Source: Clostridioides phage AR1074-1
Direction: 5' to 3' (one strand)
Length of the DNA stretch: 38,059 nt
Sequence record: OR397123.1
This document shows positions 24,545-34,238 of the stretch, piece after piece. The notes under the pieces were generated by a model that ran no database searches, had not been told where the DNA came from, and worked only from the letters and a program-made list of their open reading frames with translations. How positions within the stretch are numbered: position 1 is the first letter of the stretch; each line of letters starts with the position of its first letter. The translations under genes were made by a program, and so were the position numbers.

Positions 24545-24987
24545 TATAACCCCAACCCTCTTTTTAATATTTCTTTCATTACATTTTTAGCTTCATCTTT
24601 TTTTGATTCGTATGCGGGTGCTAGAAACGGTTTAGAACTGGTTCCTGGATGATTTACTACCCTTCCTTTTTTCTTACCTTTTTTAATTGGTATTTTATGC
24701 GCAGATGCTCCAAACTCTAAAAACTTTCCATAAAAAATTTCTGAATTATCCTCTTTCGTAATACCAACTAAAACATACTTAGTACCACCTTTTTTCTTAA
24801 CTCCACTTACTTTTAAACCATCTTTTAACTTTCCGCTTCTTTTGCTTACCCTTGGTAATGCATCTTGCAAAATAACATTACCGCCAGCTTTTACAGCTTC
24901 ATTTAACAGTTTATCGCCTGTTTTACCCATGCTTTCTATTTTAGATAAAATAGCGTCAAATCCTTCTGTTGTTATCTCCACACTCAT
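24544..24987 (-). CDS. HK97 gp10-family tail completion protein
   Basis: 147 aa. MSVEITTEGFDAILSKIESMGKTGDKLLNEAVKAGGNVILQDALPRVSKRSGKLKDG fits the HK97 gp10 family. Confidence 0.6.
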   Translation of the reverse strand: MSVEITTEGFDAILSKIESMGKTGDKLLNEAVKAGGNVILQDALPRVSKRSGKLKDGLKVSGVKKKGGTKYVLVGITKEDNSEIFYGKFLEFGASAHKIPIKKGKKKGRVVNHPGTSSKPFLAPAYESKKDEAKNVMKEILKRGLGL

Positions 24988-25314
24988 TTAAACAACTTCC
25001 TCATATTTAAATTTTAATTCTTTACAATAATATTCATTTTCTATAAAATCACTAGAATTTAAAAAGATAAAATTTTCTTTTTTAAATATATCTTTTATAC
25101 TAATATATTTGTTTATATTCTTTAAGCTCTTATACCAATATTCTATTTTTATTGAATATACAATACTTTTATTTTCATTATCAGAAAAATTTGCATCATA
25201 TTCATTTTCTATAAAAAATATTATATATTCTTCATCATTTGAAAAATTGTCGTATTCTTGAAAACCAATACCTAGATTTAATTTTTTAAGTATAGTAACT
25301 ATTTTTGAGTGCAT
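24988..25314 (-). CDS. Hypothetical Asn/Lys/Tyr-rich protein in the connector module (possible moron)
   Basis: 108 aa, very AT-rich, with no counterpart in the canonical HK97-type connector gene order. Confidence 0.4.
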   Translation of the reverse strand: MHSKIVTILKKLNLGIGFQEYDNFSNDEEYIIFFIENEYDANFSDNENKSIVYSIKIEYWYKSLKNINKYISIKDIFKKENFIFLNSSDFIENEYYCKELKFKYEEVV

Positions 25315-25333
25315 ACTATCTCCTAACTTTTTT

Positions 25334-25984
25334 TTACTTAGATTCTGCTGTTATTTCAAGTATTTTATTTTCTTCTTCTAAATTTAAGATTTGAGTTATA
25401 TTATAAAATTTATCTTTGTATTTAATAACAAAATTAGTTATAGCATTTTGTTTTATACTTAAATCTAATTCTTCAATATATCTAATTTTAAACTTTTTAT
25501 TTGTAGAAGTTTTAATCGAATTATTTTCTATCAATTCTTTACTATTTAAATCTTCAACACAAGCCCAAATTTTTTTATAAAATTTTATTGTTACATCCTC
25601 AAGAACATTTTTTCTCTCTTTGATAAAAATAGAAATATGTTTATCTAATACGTCAACTAATTCAGTTAAGTATAAATACACACTAGTTTTGTCATTGCTA
25701 ATATCAAGTTTTACTATGCTGTAAAATTCATTATTTAACTTTATAACATCACTTGTTTTAATTAATCTCATGTAAGGAACTTTTAATTTAATAGATACCT
25801 TTAACCCTGTATCGTCAAATTTAAGTTTGTCTTGCTCTCTTATATATTCATTAGAATAAAAGAGTTTACCACTTACAATAAACTCTTTTTCATCTAACGC
25901 ATTACCTTCTATATCATAACTTTCCTTGTATTCTCCAAACTCAACAATACCATCATTAAAATTATTAAATTTTATTTTTTTCAT
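25334..25984 (-). CDS. Head-tail adaptor (head closure) protein with an about 100-aa C-terminal extension
   Basis: 216 aa. Residues 1-110 match the head closure pattern (...KVPYMRLIKTSDVIKLNNEFYSIVKLDISNDKTSVYLYLTEL). The C-terminal half ends in a similar ...ILEITAE motif and may be a partial internal duplication. Confidence 0.5.
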   Translation of the reverse strand: MKKIKFNNFNDGIVEFGEYKESYDIEGNALDEKEFIVSGKLFYSNEYIREQDKLKFDDTGLKVSIKLKVPYMRLIKTSDVIKLNNEFYSIVKLDISNDKTSVYLYLTELVDVLDKHISIFIKERKNVLEDVTIKFYKKIWACVEDLNSKELIENNSIKTSTNKKFKIRYIEELDLSIKQNAITNFVIKYKDKFYNITQILNLEEENKILEITAESK

Positions 25985-25986
25985 AT

Positions 25987-26283
25987 CTATATTACCTCAT
26001 TAGCTGCACTTTTAATTTGAAGTCTAAGAAGCTCTTTACTAAAATTTTCCTCGAAATATTCAATAGCATTGTTTCTTACATATCTGCAATAATTAAATAG
26101 CAATTCTCTATTAAAATTATCTTTAAAATCCAGTGCTATTCCTGCTATTTCATTTTCAAAGTAATCAATTCCTCTTACAACCATTTTTTCTATTTTTGCA
26201 TCTTCTTCTATCCAAGTTATATTTAGATATTCTTTTACCTCTTCAACTACACTTTTAATGTTTTCATTTTCCATATATTTCAC
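25987..26283 (-). CDS. Head-tail connector (gp6-like)
   Basis: 98 aa directly downstream of the capsid gene. Confidence 0.5.
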   Translation of the reverse strand: MKYMENENIKSVVEEVKEYLNITWIEEDAKIEKMVVRGIDYFENEIAGIALDFKDNFNRELLFNYCRYVRNNAIEYFEENFSKELLRLQIKSAANEVI

Positions 26284-27450
26284 CTATTTCGCTCTAGCAG
26301 CTGACGTTTTTGTGTTTGAATTAATTTCTGTTGCTAAAGTTGTGTCTAAGTTTTCTATATCAAATACTAAAAATGAATCATTGTCTTTTGGCGCTCCTGT
26401 TGCATATTGTTTTACTAGATAAGTTCTTTCGTCCTCTAAAAATTTATATTCGTCTGAATACTCTATTTTTCCGCTTGAAGCAACTCCCATAAAATAATCT
26501 TTTGCCATACCAGCTATTAATTTACCTTTAGGGACAGCAACTGATTGAATTATATTCCCAGGGATAGGTAAAACTCCATACACATAAGTACCATTAGATG
26601 TTAACATAGTTGTGGCAGCGAAAATTTTAGCCCAGTAATCAACCGGATTTACAAGCATTATAACGCTTGGGACTGCCCTTTTACCATTGTTTGTAAGTGG
26701 TGCCATAATCTCTTTGCCAAGTGTTATTGGTTTAAAATCAGCCAGTGGTTTTGCAGTTTTGTCTGGAAATACGCCTTCAACGACTGCGCCTTTTAAATCT
26801 TTTATCATACCTTTCGGCTGGTCTTTTCCTGTTCCTGCTACTATTCCCATTTCAAGCCCCAATGATATAGATTCAGTCAAAACTACTCTTACATATCTGT
26901 CTAACCATTCAGCCCCTAAATCAAGCATGGCTTTTGCAACTGGAAGATAAGCAGATAATTTATAAGCTTCTGTATTAATTTTATCAAATCCATGCTCTAG
27001 CTCTTTTTTGATAGTATCATCTAATCTACCCCACCATGCAGCTTCTGCGTTCGTTTTCCTTATTATCCACTCCGTAACTCCTGTTGTATTTTCAAAAGTT
27101 ATGGCACTAAGCAAAGGGTGATTTTGTTCTAAGTCGTCAAATACTCTATCAAATACAGTACGTGGCATAGTTATCTCTAAGTTGGTAAATCCTCTTTTTT
27201 CTATAACTTTACTATAGTATGCTCTTTCCTCGCTAGTTAATTGCGGCATCCCTCTTTTGTCAAGTATTGCTCTGTCAGCTGATTCTATATTAGCAATAGA
27301 ACGCGCTTCTTTTAGTAGATTTTCTTGTATATCTTCCGCCATCCTCAAAAACGCAGTTGTTATTTTTTCCTCGTCATTACCCTTTATTGCTTCCATTAAA
27401 TCTGCTCTTAGTTCAACATTAGTTGCTTCATCTAAATTTTTAATTGCCAT
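26284..27450 (-). CDS. Major capsid protein (HK97 fold)
   Basis: 388 aa following the prohead protease, with typical HK97-family MCP length and composition. Confidence 0.85.
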   Translation of the reverse strand: MAIKNLDEATNVELRADLMEAIKGNDEEKITTAFLRMAEDIQENLLKEARSIANIESADRAILDKRGMPQLTSEERAYYSKVIEKRGFTNLEITMPRTVFDRVFDDLEQNHPLLSAITFENTTGVTEWIIRKTNAEAAWWGRLDDTIKKELEHGFDKINTEAYKLSAYLPVAKAMLDLGAEWLDRYVRVVLTESISLGLEMGIVAGTGKDQPKGMIKDLKGAVVEGVFPDKTAKPLADFKPITLGKEIMAPLTNNGKRAVPSVIMLVNPVDYWAKIFAATTMLTSNGTYVYGVLPIPGNIIQSVAVPKGKLIAGMAKDYFMGVASSGKIEYSDEYKFLEDERTYLVKQYATGAPKDNDSFLVFDIENLDTTLATEINSNTKTSAARAK

Positions 27451-27452
27451 TT

Positions 27453-28088
27453 TTATTTTCCTCCTCGATTAAATGCATTAAAAAAAGCCGATACTAAATC
27501 GACATTTCTTTTTTCTATGTTATCTTTATTATCATTTTGCTTTGTTTCTTCTTTTTGCGATTCTCTAAGCTCCTTTATAGATATATCACTTCTACAATTT
27601 ATTTCTGTGTCATTGTAAGCTGGTATCGGGGTTGCAGTAATTTCAAACAATTCAACTTCCGTAATATCTCTGTAAAATGTCCAATCATCATCCCATCGAG
27701 TTTTAGAATTTACAATATTAAAACCAAAAGAACATCCTTTAATCAATCCAAGCCTTACATTTTCAAGTAAGTCATTACCATCTGTTGTAGCTGGTATATC
27801 TACTTCAAACCTTAACCCATGTTCATCTTCTTCTAAAATTAGATTTGAGTTAGTTCTACCTACAACTTTGTTCCAATCATGATTTATGAGCATAAACTTA
27901 TCTCTAGTGTTATCTGCTAAAGTTTTTAAAAATGCACCTCTTGAAATTTTTTCATAAAAGGTATCGCCCCATCTATCTTGTAACTTAGTGTAATCGTCGC
28001 TAAAAACTGCTGCATAACCACTTATCTTACGGCTTTCTAAATTACTATCCCTTATTTCCAGCGACACCGTTCTTTTCTCCATTTCCAT
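27453..28088 (-). CDS. Prohead serine protease (HK97 family, S78)
   Basis: 211 aa. GYAAVFSDDY...ISRGAF...INHDWNKVVG matches the HK97 prohead protease signature. Confidence 0.85.
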   Translation of the reverse strand: MEMEKRTVSLEIRDSNLESRKISGYAAVFSDDYTKLQDRWGDTFYEKISRGAFLKTLADNTRDKFMLINHDWNKVVGRTNSNLILEEDEHGLRFEVDIPATTDGNDLLENVRLGLIKGCSFGFNIVNSKTRWDDDWTFYRDITEVELFEITATPIPAYNDTEINCRSDISIKELRESQKEETKQNDNKDNIEKRNVDLVSAFFNAFNRGGK

Positions 28089-29232
28089 TGTTAGCCCCTC
28101 CTTTCAAATCTGGATTTAAAATTGACTGATAGTTTTTAGTTACATAGTGTTCATCAGCCCAAGACTCGTTTATTTTTTCTCTGCCAAGCATTTCTAAATT
28201 GTCATTTATAGAATTTACACCTATTCTAAATAATAGGTCGCTTGCTTTCGATATTTTTTCAAGTCCCATATTAGCAATTTTTTGTGTATCTACTTTTACA
28301 TAACTCTTTTCAAAAAAATTATCTCTACCATACATTTTTCTAGTTAATTCATTTGTAATAAGTTTTGCTACTGGATTGACAGAAAAATTCAAGAAATTAT
28401 CTGTTATACCTTCAACTCCAGCAACATTACCTTTTACAAGTCCAGCAGGAACATGAAAAGCAGCGCATACAAAATCCATGACGTCATCAATAATCGCTCT
28501 TATATCCCTGCTATCTTTTATACTTGAAGCTTTTGTATTTTCTGTATATTTTAATCCATTTGAAAGCGGTAAAACAGCATTATCACTTTCAAAATAACGT
28601 TTAAACTTATTACTCATCAAATCGTTAAGTCGTTCCTGCGCTTCTTTTGTCTGCGGGTAATTTGTGTCTATTTCAAGTACGCCCTTTTCGCTATTATTTT
28701 TTTTATAACCCTTCATGGCACTACTTAATAAATCTTTATAATCATTATAAAGATAATCTATTACAGTTTTTATACTTTCAACATTTAATTTGAAATATAA
28801 AACATCTGACTCTCTAAAACTTCTATCTAATTTATAGTTTCTAATTGTAACATCTTTGTATATATCTTCATAAAAAACATACTTATCTACACTAAAACTT
28901 TCAGCTACGAAAAGTTGTTCGTTTTCTTGTATAACTAGACATTCATTGTCATACACAAGTCTTGTAATTACTTCTTGCCAAAATTCTGTTGCGTTTTGGT
29001 TTTGGTTAGGTTCTATATTAAACAAGTAATAATTTTTTTCTTTAATAGATTTTCCATTTTTAAATGTCTGAAATTCACTTAAAACTAAAGCATTTGCAAT
29101 AATAGAAATACATGACTTTAACGCAAATTCTTTATAAAATATCGTAGCTTCTAGTTTTTTAAAATATTCTCCATCTGCTCCTGACATTTTATCTTTAAAT
29201 AAAAAATTACTTATAAAATTTTTAAAATTCAA
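28045..29232 (-). CDS. Portal protein (HK97 family)
   Basis: 395 aa between terL and the protease. Its end overlaps the protease start. Confidence 0.8.
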   Translation of the reverse strand: MNFKNFISNFLFKDKMSGADGEYFKKLEATIFYKEFALKSCISIIANALVLSEFQTFKNGKSIKEKNYYLFNIEPNQNQNATEFWQEVITRLVYDNECLVIQENEQLFVAESFSVDKYVFYEDIYKDVTIRNYKLDRSFRESDVLYFKLNVESIKTVIDYLYNDYKDLLSSAMKGYKKNNSEKGVLEIDTNYPQTKEAQERLNDLMSNKFKRYFESDNAVLPLSNGLKYTENTKASSIKDSRDIRAIIDDVMDFVCAAFHVPAGLVKGNVAGVEGITDNFLNFSVNPVAKLITNELTRKMYGRDNFFEKSYVKVDTQKIANMGLEKISKASDLLFRIGVNSINDNLEMLGREKINESWADEHYVTKNYQSILNPDLKGGANNGNGEKNGVAGNKG

Positions 29233-29247
29233 TTCACCACCTCATTA

Positions 29248-30882
29248 TTAATACGTATAACAATCATAAAACTTAATTGTTGATTCTTGCATCAGTTCAT
29301 CATCTTTTGATAAAGCATGTAAAAACGCAAAAAAGCCATCAGTTTTCCGCTTGATTGGCTCTATCTTTAAAAAAGTTTTATTTCCTTTTTTGTCTGTATC
29401 TACATAAACATTATTAGTATACCAACGCATCATCATGTCGTCGCCCCACTTAATTGTCCTCTCTGCGAAGATTTGTTCTACAAGAGGGGCTATTTTTGCG
29501 TGAGTTATCGACCCATTTCGAACTTCTTCAATCGGTAAACCTTTGTTAGTAAACTCTTCTTTTACATGTGCAGCTCTATAAGAGTCACAACAGATTTTTA
29601 ATATATTATAATCTTCTGCTTTTTCAATGAACCAATCAGCAATATATTCCGCTTTTATCGTTTCATCATAAATTATTGTGCAGAGACCTTTTTGCTTTGC
29701 TAATTCAATATCAAATTTAAAATTTGTTATTTCTAAAGACTTATAACATATAAAAGTGTGATGCATGATATATCGTTTTTTATCTTTTTTAAATAACAAT
29801 ACCACGCTTGTAAAATCTCTTATACTAGAAAAATCTAATCCTCCAATGCACGAAAAGCCTTTTAAGTCTGGTAATTCTTCGTTTGTTGCAACTATGTCAT
29901 CCCATTCAGCGACAACAGTTGCCAAATCTTCAGCTGGCAAATTAAATCTTTTAGTTAGTAGCTCTATCATCATTTGTGGTCTATTTTTAGCTTTGTCAAT
30001 GTCTTTTAAAATTTGTGTCCTTAAGTCTGAATTATACTTTATACTTGGGTTTGCCTTTTCTAGCAAATTAACATCTTCCATTTCTTCTATACTATCAAGT
30101 TTAAAAATAAGTGGCAGCATTTTAGAGTTTTTAATTTCTTCATTTAAAATTTGTTTAGCTTCTTCTTTGAAATCGTCTAATACTCCACCTCTTACATTCC
30201 CATCAGTTGTAATATAAAAAATTCTAGGATTTTTTACTTTTCCAAGCGCAGAGGTAAAGACTTTTATATTATCATAATTTTCGTATGCATGAACCTCATC
30301 AAAAATAATGCAGCCGGGTCTTAATCCATCCTTTGACTTAGCATTATTTGTGCGGAACTTTAAATAGCTGTTAGTTTTTTTAAATGTTATTACTTCTTTA
30401 GTTCTGTTAAAAAACTTTTTACATATAGCAGGATGTTCAGATAACATGTTATAAACATCATCAAAACTTGTTTTTGCTTGTTCCTCTGACATTGCAACAA
30501 TGTCAATACCATAATTTTTTACACCATGCAAGTGCGTTTGTAAATAATTAGCTAATTGGGATATAAAACCATTTTTCCCATTTCCCCTACCCATCATGAT
30601 AAAAATTTCATCATATAAAAGTTCGTCGCCTTCAAAGCAGCCAACCACTAAAGCAACAACAAATTTTTCCCAAGCATACATTTTATAGAAATACTTTTCC
30701 ATATATTCTATAGCTTTTTCAACTTTTTCATGGTCGATATAGATATTAGGTTTTTTTAAATCTTTTTTTATTTTCTTAACTGCAAGTTTCATTTCTTTAC
30801 ATAGAACAATTTCGCCTTTATCAGCCAAGCTGAAATACTCATCTATGTATTTATTGTACTTATAATTCAATATCATCATCAC
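29248..30882 (-). CDS. terL: Terminase large subunit
   Basis: 544 aa with an ATPase Walker A (IMMGRGNGKNG) and a nuclease region. Overlaps the end of terS. Confidence 0.9.
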   Translation of the reverse strand: MMMILNYKYNKYIDEYFSLADKGEIVLCKEMKLAVKKIKKDLKKPNIYIDHEKVEKAIEYMEKYFYKMYAWEKFVVALVVGCFEGDELLYDEIFIMMGRGNGKNGFISQLANYLQTHLHGVKNYGIDIVAMSEEQAKTSFDDVYNMLSEHPAICKKFFNRTKEVITFKKTNSYLKFRTNNAKSKDGLRPGCIIFDEVHAYENYDNIKVFTSALGKVKNPRIFYITTDGNVRGGVLDDFKEEAKQILNEEIKNSKMLPLIFKLDSIEEMEDVNLLEKANPSIKYNSDLRTQILKDIDKAKNRPQMMIELLTKRFNLPAEDLATVVAEWDDIVATNEELPDLKGFSCIGGLDFSSIRDFTSVVLLFKKDKKRYIMHHTFICYKSLEITNFKFDIELAKQKGLCTIIYDETIKAEYIADWFIEKAEDYNILKICCDSYRAAHVKEEFTNKGLPIEEVRNGSITHAKIAPLVEQIFAERTIKWGDDMMMRWYTNNVYVDTDKKGNKTFLKIEPIKRKTDGFFAFLHALSKDDELMQESTIKFYDCYTY

Positions 30883-31366
30883 CCAAAACTTTTGGCGTCG
30901 CTTTTATACCTAGTTTATCAAGTAAACTTAACATTTGAGCGTTATACTTGATAAGCTCTGATACACTATCGTTTTTTTTATAGCCCCATTGATTTTGACC
31001 ATTTTTGTATTTAACTTGAACACCTCTAGTTTTTACATCTTCTATTAATTCATTTTTTATATCCCACATTTTTAAATAGTCTTCAACTAAGTCTTTGAAG
31101 TATTCTTCTGTCATGTTATTCTCTTTTATTTGTCTTAATAAATCTTTTCTTATAGAGTTTTTTAAATTATTTCCCGACTCTTGCAACCCATTTTTCACGC
31201 AACCCTTTTTTGGGGTGCAGTTGCGAGTCCAACCCCCTCTTTTTCTCCAACTTTTCAAAGTGTTTTCGGGTATGTTATACTTGGCTGACATTTCTTTATA
31301 AGTCATACCTAAAACGTAGTCATTCTGTACGTCTCGCCTAATTTCTAATTCCTCATTATCATCCAT
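30860..31366 (-). CDS. terS: Terminase small subunit (P27-like, HTH-containing)
   Basis: Start revised to MDDNEELEIRR at 31366 (RBS GAGGTGG plus 6 nt). HTH segment MTYKEMSAKYNIPENTLKSWRKRGGW. The track's 181-aa form includes an N-terminal extension that is probably not coding. Confidence 0.7.
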   Translation of the reverse strand: MDDNEELEIRRDVQNDYVLGMTYKEMSAKYNIPENTLKSWRKRGGWTRNCTPKKGCVKNGLQESGNNLKNSIRKDLLRQIKENNMTEEYFKDLVEDYLKMWDIKNELIEDVKTRGVQVKYKNGQNQWGYKKNDSVSELIKYNAQMLSLLDKLGIKATPKVLGDDDIEL

Positions 31367-31537
31367 TTTCACCACCTCATTTTTATGTTTTTTCTGCACC
31401 CGCAACCATGAATTTTGGTTGCAAGACCCCCACCCCCCACACCTTTTGTTAAATTGGTGTCTCCTTGCGGAGCCATGTACCTACCTCGGTTCACAAAATT
31501 TTGCCTTGAAAGCCAGTTTTTTCAATAGGGGGGCTAT
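31367..31537. other. Candidate cos (cohesive end) packaging site: locally GC-rich gap between the HNH endonuclease and terS
   Basis: Strikingly GC-rich for this genome, with C/G tracts (cccccaccccccacacc), an inverted repeat gcaaccatgaattttggttgc, and gggggg. The HNH-terS arrangement is typical of cos-type siphoviruses. Confidence 0.4.
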
Positions 31538-31870
31538 CTACCATCGCTCTTCACTGAAAAATTTTTTCTTTTTTTCTTGATTAATTTTTAGTATTTTTTC
31601 GTGAATTTCGTTGTGACAAAGGTTGCACAAGCTTGTTAGGTTATTAAGCTTCAAAGCTTCACCTGGATACTCTTTTACCTCTTTGATATGATGTACACAT
31701 TCCGCCTTAGATACTTTCTTTTTTTCTTTACAAATCTGACATTCATTATTATCTCTTTCAAGTGCTTTTTTTCTTAATTTACGCCAGTCTGTACTTCTAT
31801 AGAATATATCAAGTCTATCAATTAAAATTAATTCTTTTAATCTATCTAGTGTCATGTGCTTATAACTCAT
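31538..31870 (-). CDS. HNH homing-type endonuclease (packaging-associated)
   Basis: 110 aa. CQICKEKKKVSKAECVHHIKEVKEYPGEALKLNNLTSLCNLCHNEIHE carries the HNH motif with flanking CxxC pairs. Confidence 0.85.
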   Translation of the reverse strand: MSYKHMTLDRLKELILIDRLDIFYRSTDWRKLRKKALERDNNECQICKEKKKVSKAECVHHIKEVKEYPGEALKLNNLTSLCNLCHNEIHEKILKINQEKKKKFFSEERW

Positions 31871-32132
31871 TAATATACAGCTCTCCTAGACCGTCGCTAT
31901 ACTCTTTCATGTCTTGCAATAGCTTGACTTCATCATCTTTAAGCTTCTTATATTCTTCTCTCTTATGTTTAATATAATCATCCTCACATGATACAACAAA
32001 CTTCTCAAAGCATCTGCGACACATGAAGTATGTAACAGTAGTATTATCAATAACTTTAGTCTTTAAATCTCTATTATTTACATTAACTTTCTTTCCGCAA
32101 TTATTACATTTAAACTTACCATACTTATTCAT
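31860..32132 (-). CDS. Small zinc-ribbon protein
   Basis: 90 aa with CNNC...CRRC motifs. Overlaps the HNH start. Confidence 0.5.
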   Translation of the reverse strand: MNKYGKFKCNNCGKKVNVNNRDLKTKVIDNTTVTYFMCRRCFEKFVVSCEDDYIKHKREEYKKLKDDEVKLLQDMKEYSDGLGELYINEL

Positions 32133-32304
32133 AGTGATACTCCTTTAATTTCCTAGTTGAGTTTAACATAAGATATATTCTGTTAAACTCATTCAAGTAT
32201 TATTAAACAGCCTTACATTTTAGTACTAACAATACATTCAAGACTTTATTATTAGACTATATTTTATCCAGTTTAACGTGACCTTTTTATGTTAAATTCT
32301 TAAG

Positions 32305-32853
32305 CTAAAAGTATTTAATATTCCTATATGCTTTGTTTAAATCATCCTGTTCAATTCCAATATAACGCAAGGTTATCGTCGCTGAACTATGATTAAAAAG
32401 CTTCTGTAAGGTCACAACATCATGAGTCCTTTTATAGTAATGATAACCAAAAGTTTTACGCATTGTATGTGTGCCTAGATTATCTATGCCAAACATTTCG
32501 CCTACTTCTCGTATTATCTTATAAGCCATTACTCTACTTATAGCTTTATTAGTCTGTTCTCTACTCTTAATTAAAAACTCATTCTGATTCTTATCTTTTG
32601 TATATTCTTTTAGTATTCTTTTTAGAATAGGATTAACTTCAATAGGCTTGGTTTTACCTGTCTTACTTTCTTTAATAGTTATAAACCGTTTGTCATGAAC
32701 ATCTTTTATTCTAAGCTTTAATATGTCACCTACTCTAAGTCCTGTATATATGCCCATACTAAAGAGCACATTGTTTCTCATGTTAGCTTCTTCTAAATAA
32801 GCACACATGCTTTCTAGCTTCTCTAAATCTCGAATAGGTTCTACAAAGTTCAT
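32305..32853 (-). CDS. Truncated tyrosine recombinase (catalytic domain only; Xer/integrase family), candidate multimer resolvase
   Basis: 182 aa. R..(HTMRKTFGYHYYK)..(HSSATITLRYI) gives the R/H-x-x-R/H/Y catalytic residues. It lacks an N-terminal arm-binding domain and sits in the late region rather than by an att site. Confidence 0.7.
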   Translation of the reverse strand: MNFVEPIRDLEKLESMCAYLEEANMRNNVLFSMGIYTGLRVGDILKLRIKDVHDKRFITIKESKTGKTKPIEVNPILKRILKEYTKDKNQNEFLIKSREQTNKAISRVMAYKIIREVGEMFGIDNLGTHTMRKTFGYHYYKRTHDVVTLQKLFNHSSATITLRYIGIEQDDLNKAYRNIKYF

Positions 32854-33029
32854 TTACTCACCCCCTTCCTTTTCGGCAATAAAAAAAGTCTAAACTTCGA
32901 GCCAAGTTTAGACTTTAGGTTTAAGGGGATATTCAGTTGTTAATGTACACTTTTTTCTATGATACAATTCTAACATGCTTTCTTTAGAAATGAAGTATAA
33001 AAATAGTCTTTTTTTTGTAAAAATATTGT

Positions 33030-33491
33030 TTACGCTAAAGCTTCATCACCGTATATCATTAGAGCTATTTTATTAATAGCAATAGCTTTTTTGTTATAAA
33101 GACTAGTTCTATCATAATTTAATTCATAAGCTATTTTTGTGATAGGTAGTTTTTCATCCCAATTATAAAAATATATTAATTCTATCATCTTCTGTTCAAG
33201 CTCTGATAATTCTTTTAAGTAAATATTATAAAACTCTAGCTTTCGCTCTATAATTTCAATTTCAGTTTCTTTGTTGTAGATAGTATCCTCTATTGTTACA
33301 ACTATATCATCTATACCTTTCGTACTTCTTTTAACTTTAAATCCCAGTTCTTCGAAATTAATTTCTCTATAGTTTTCTTTGTGTTTAAGAATTGCTATTT
33401 CTTTTTTTAATATTCTTAACTTTCTATATTTATCTCCTAACATTTTTAATATATTTTCCACTTTTTCAATATACTCTTTTTTTATTTTCAT
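33030..33491 (-). CDS. ArpU-family late transcriptional activator (sigma-70 region-4-like)
   Basis: 153 aa. ELSELEQKMIELIYFYNWDEKLPITKIAYELNYDRTSLYNKKAIAINKIALMI fits the ArpU/RinA-like region-4 HTH. Positioned upstream of the packaging genes. Confidence 0.7.
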   Translation of the reverse strand: MKIKKEYIEKVENILKMLGDKYRKLRILKKEIAILKHKENYREINFEELGFKVKRSTKGIDDIVVTIEDTIYNKETEIEIIERKLEFYNIYLKELSELEQKMIELIYFYNWDEKLPITKIAYELNYDRTSLYNKKAIAINKIALMIYGDEALA

Positions 33492-33733
33492 TTTTGCACC
33501 TCTTGCACTTTTTGTTATAAATACCTAACTAATCCTTAAATTTAGCTTTTGGGACTAGTTAGGTATTTTGTAGCATTTCCAACCCGTCTATATTATTCAA
33601 AATATTCTGTATTTTTATTTTGTTTTTTTGTTATAAGACTTCATTTTTTTAAGTTTAAATAAAATCTATATTTATAAAGCATTTTATCTATTTTAATTTA
33701 AAAATTAATCTAATTGCGTTTTATATTGCCTAT

Positions 33734-33943
33734 TTACTTTAATTTATTTTTAAATAACTTTTTTTCATTTCCAATTGGTTTTGCACATTGAGAACAATTC
33801 CCCTTGAACATTTCTGAACAGCTAGGACACATTTTCCCAACTGGAGTTTTTATAGAAAAAAATTCTTGACCACATAAAATACATTCGCCTACTACTAGTT
33901 CATCTAAATAGTCTCCGCACAAACATTTTCTACACATACTCAT
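33734..33943 (-). CDS. Cys-rich small protein (multiple CxxC)
   Basis: 69 aa with 12 Cys in CxxC pairs. Confidence 0.45.
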   Translation of the reverse strand: MSMCRKCLCGDYLDELVVGECILCGQEFFSIKTPVGKMCPSCSEMFKGNCSQCAKPIGNEKKLFKNKLK

Positions 33944-33960
33944 TTTAACTCCCCCCTATG

Positions 33961-34221
33961 CTAATTTATTTTTTCGAGTTTCCATTTTCTTTTTCTTAGT
34001 TTTTTATTATGTAGCTTCAAACCTTCGCGTATTTCTTTATCAATCTTTAATACTTTAAATAGTGTAAAAATTGCTTGAATAACATCCAAACCTTCTTCCA
34101 TTATTTTTTTGTTATCTTTTAATTCAATAGCTTCTTTAAGTTCTAAAACTTCTTCAAGTACTTTTTCAAATTGTTCTTTTGCTGTCAATTCTGGTATATT
34201 TGCAATCATTTTAAAATTCAT
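33961..34221 (-). CDS. Hypothetical protein (86 aa)
   Basis: ORF in the early-gene array on the same strand. Confidence 0.4.
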   Translation of the reverse strand: MNFKMIANIPELTAKEQFEKVLEEVLELKEAIELKDNKKIMEEGLDVIQAIFTLFKVLKIDKEIREGLKLHNKKLRKRKWKLEKIN

Positions 34222-34238
34222 CTTTTATTTTCTCCTTT

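Noticed and set aside
30860-31405. Full 181-aa terS ORF starting MRVQKKHKNEVVK
   Set aside because: An internal Met (MDDNEEL at 31366) has a proper GAGGTGG RBS. The upstream 13 codons run into the GC-rich putative cos region and lack an RBS. The start was moved.
32305-32853. Lysogeny integrase with attP
   Set aside because: The protein is only 182 aa (catalytic domain only) and is located in the late region far from the repressor genes. No attP-like core with flanking arm sites was found. A resolvase role fits better given the par/rep/TA plasmid features.
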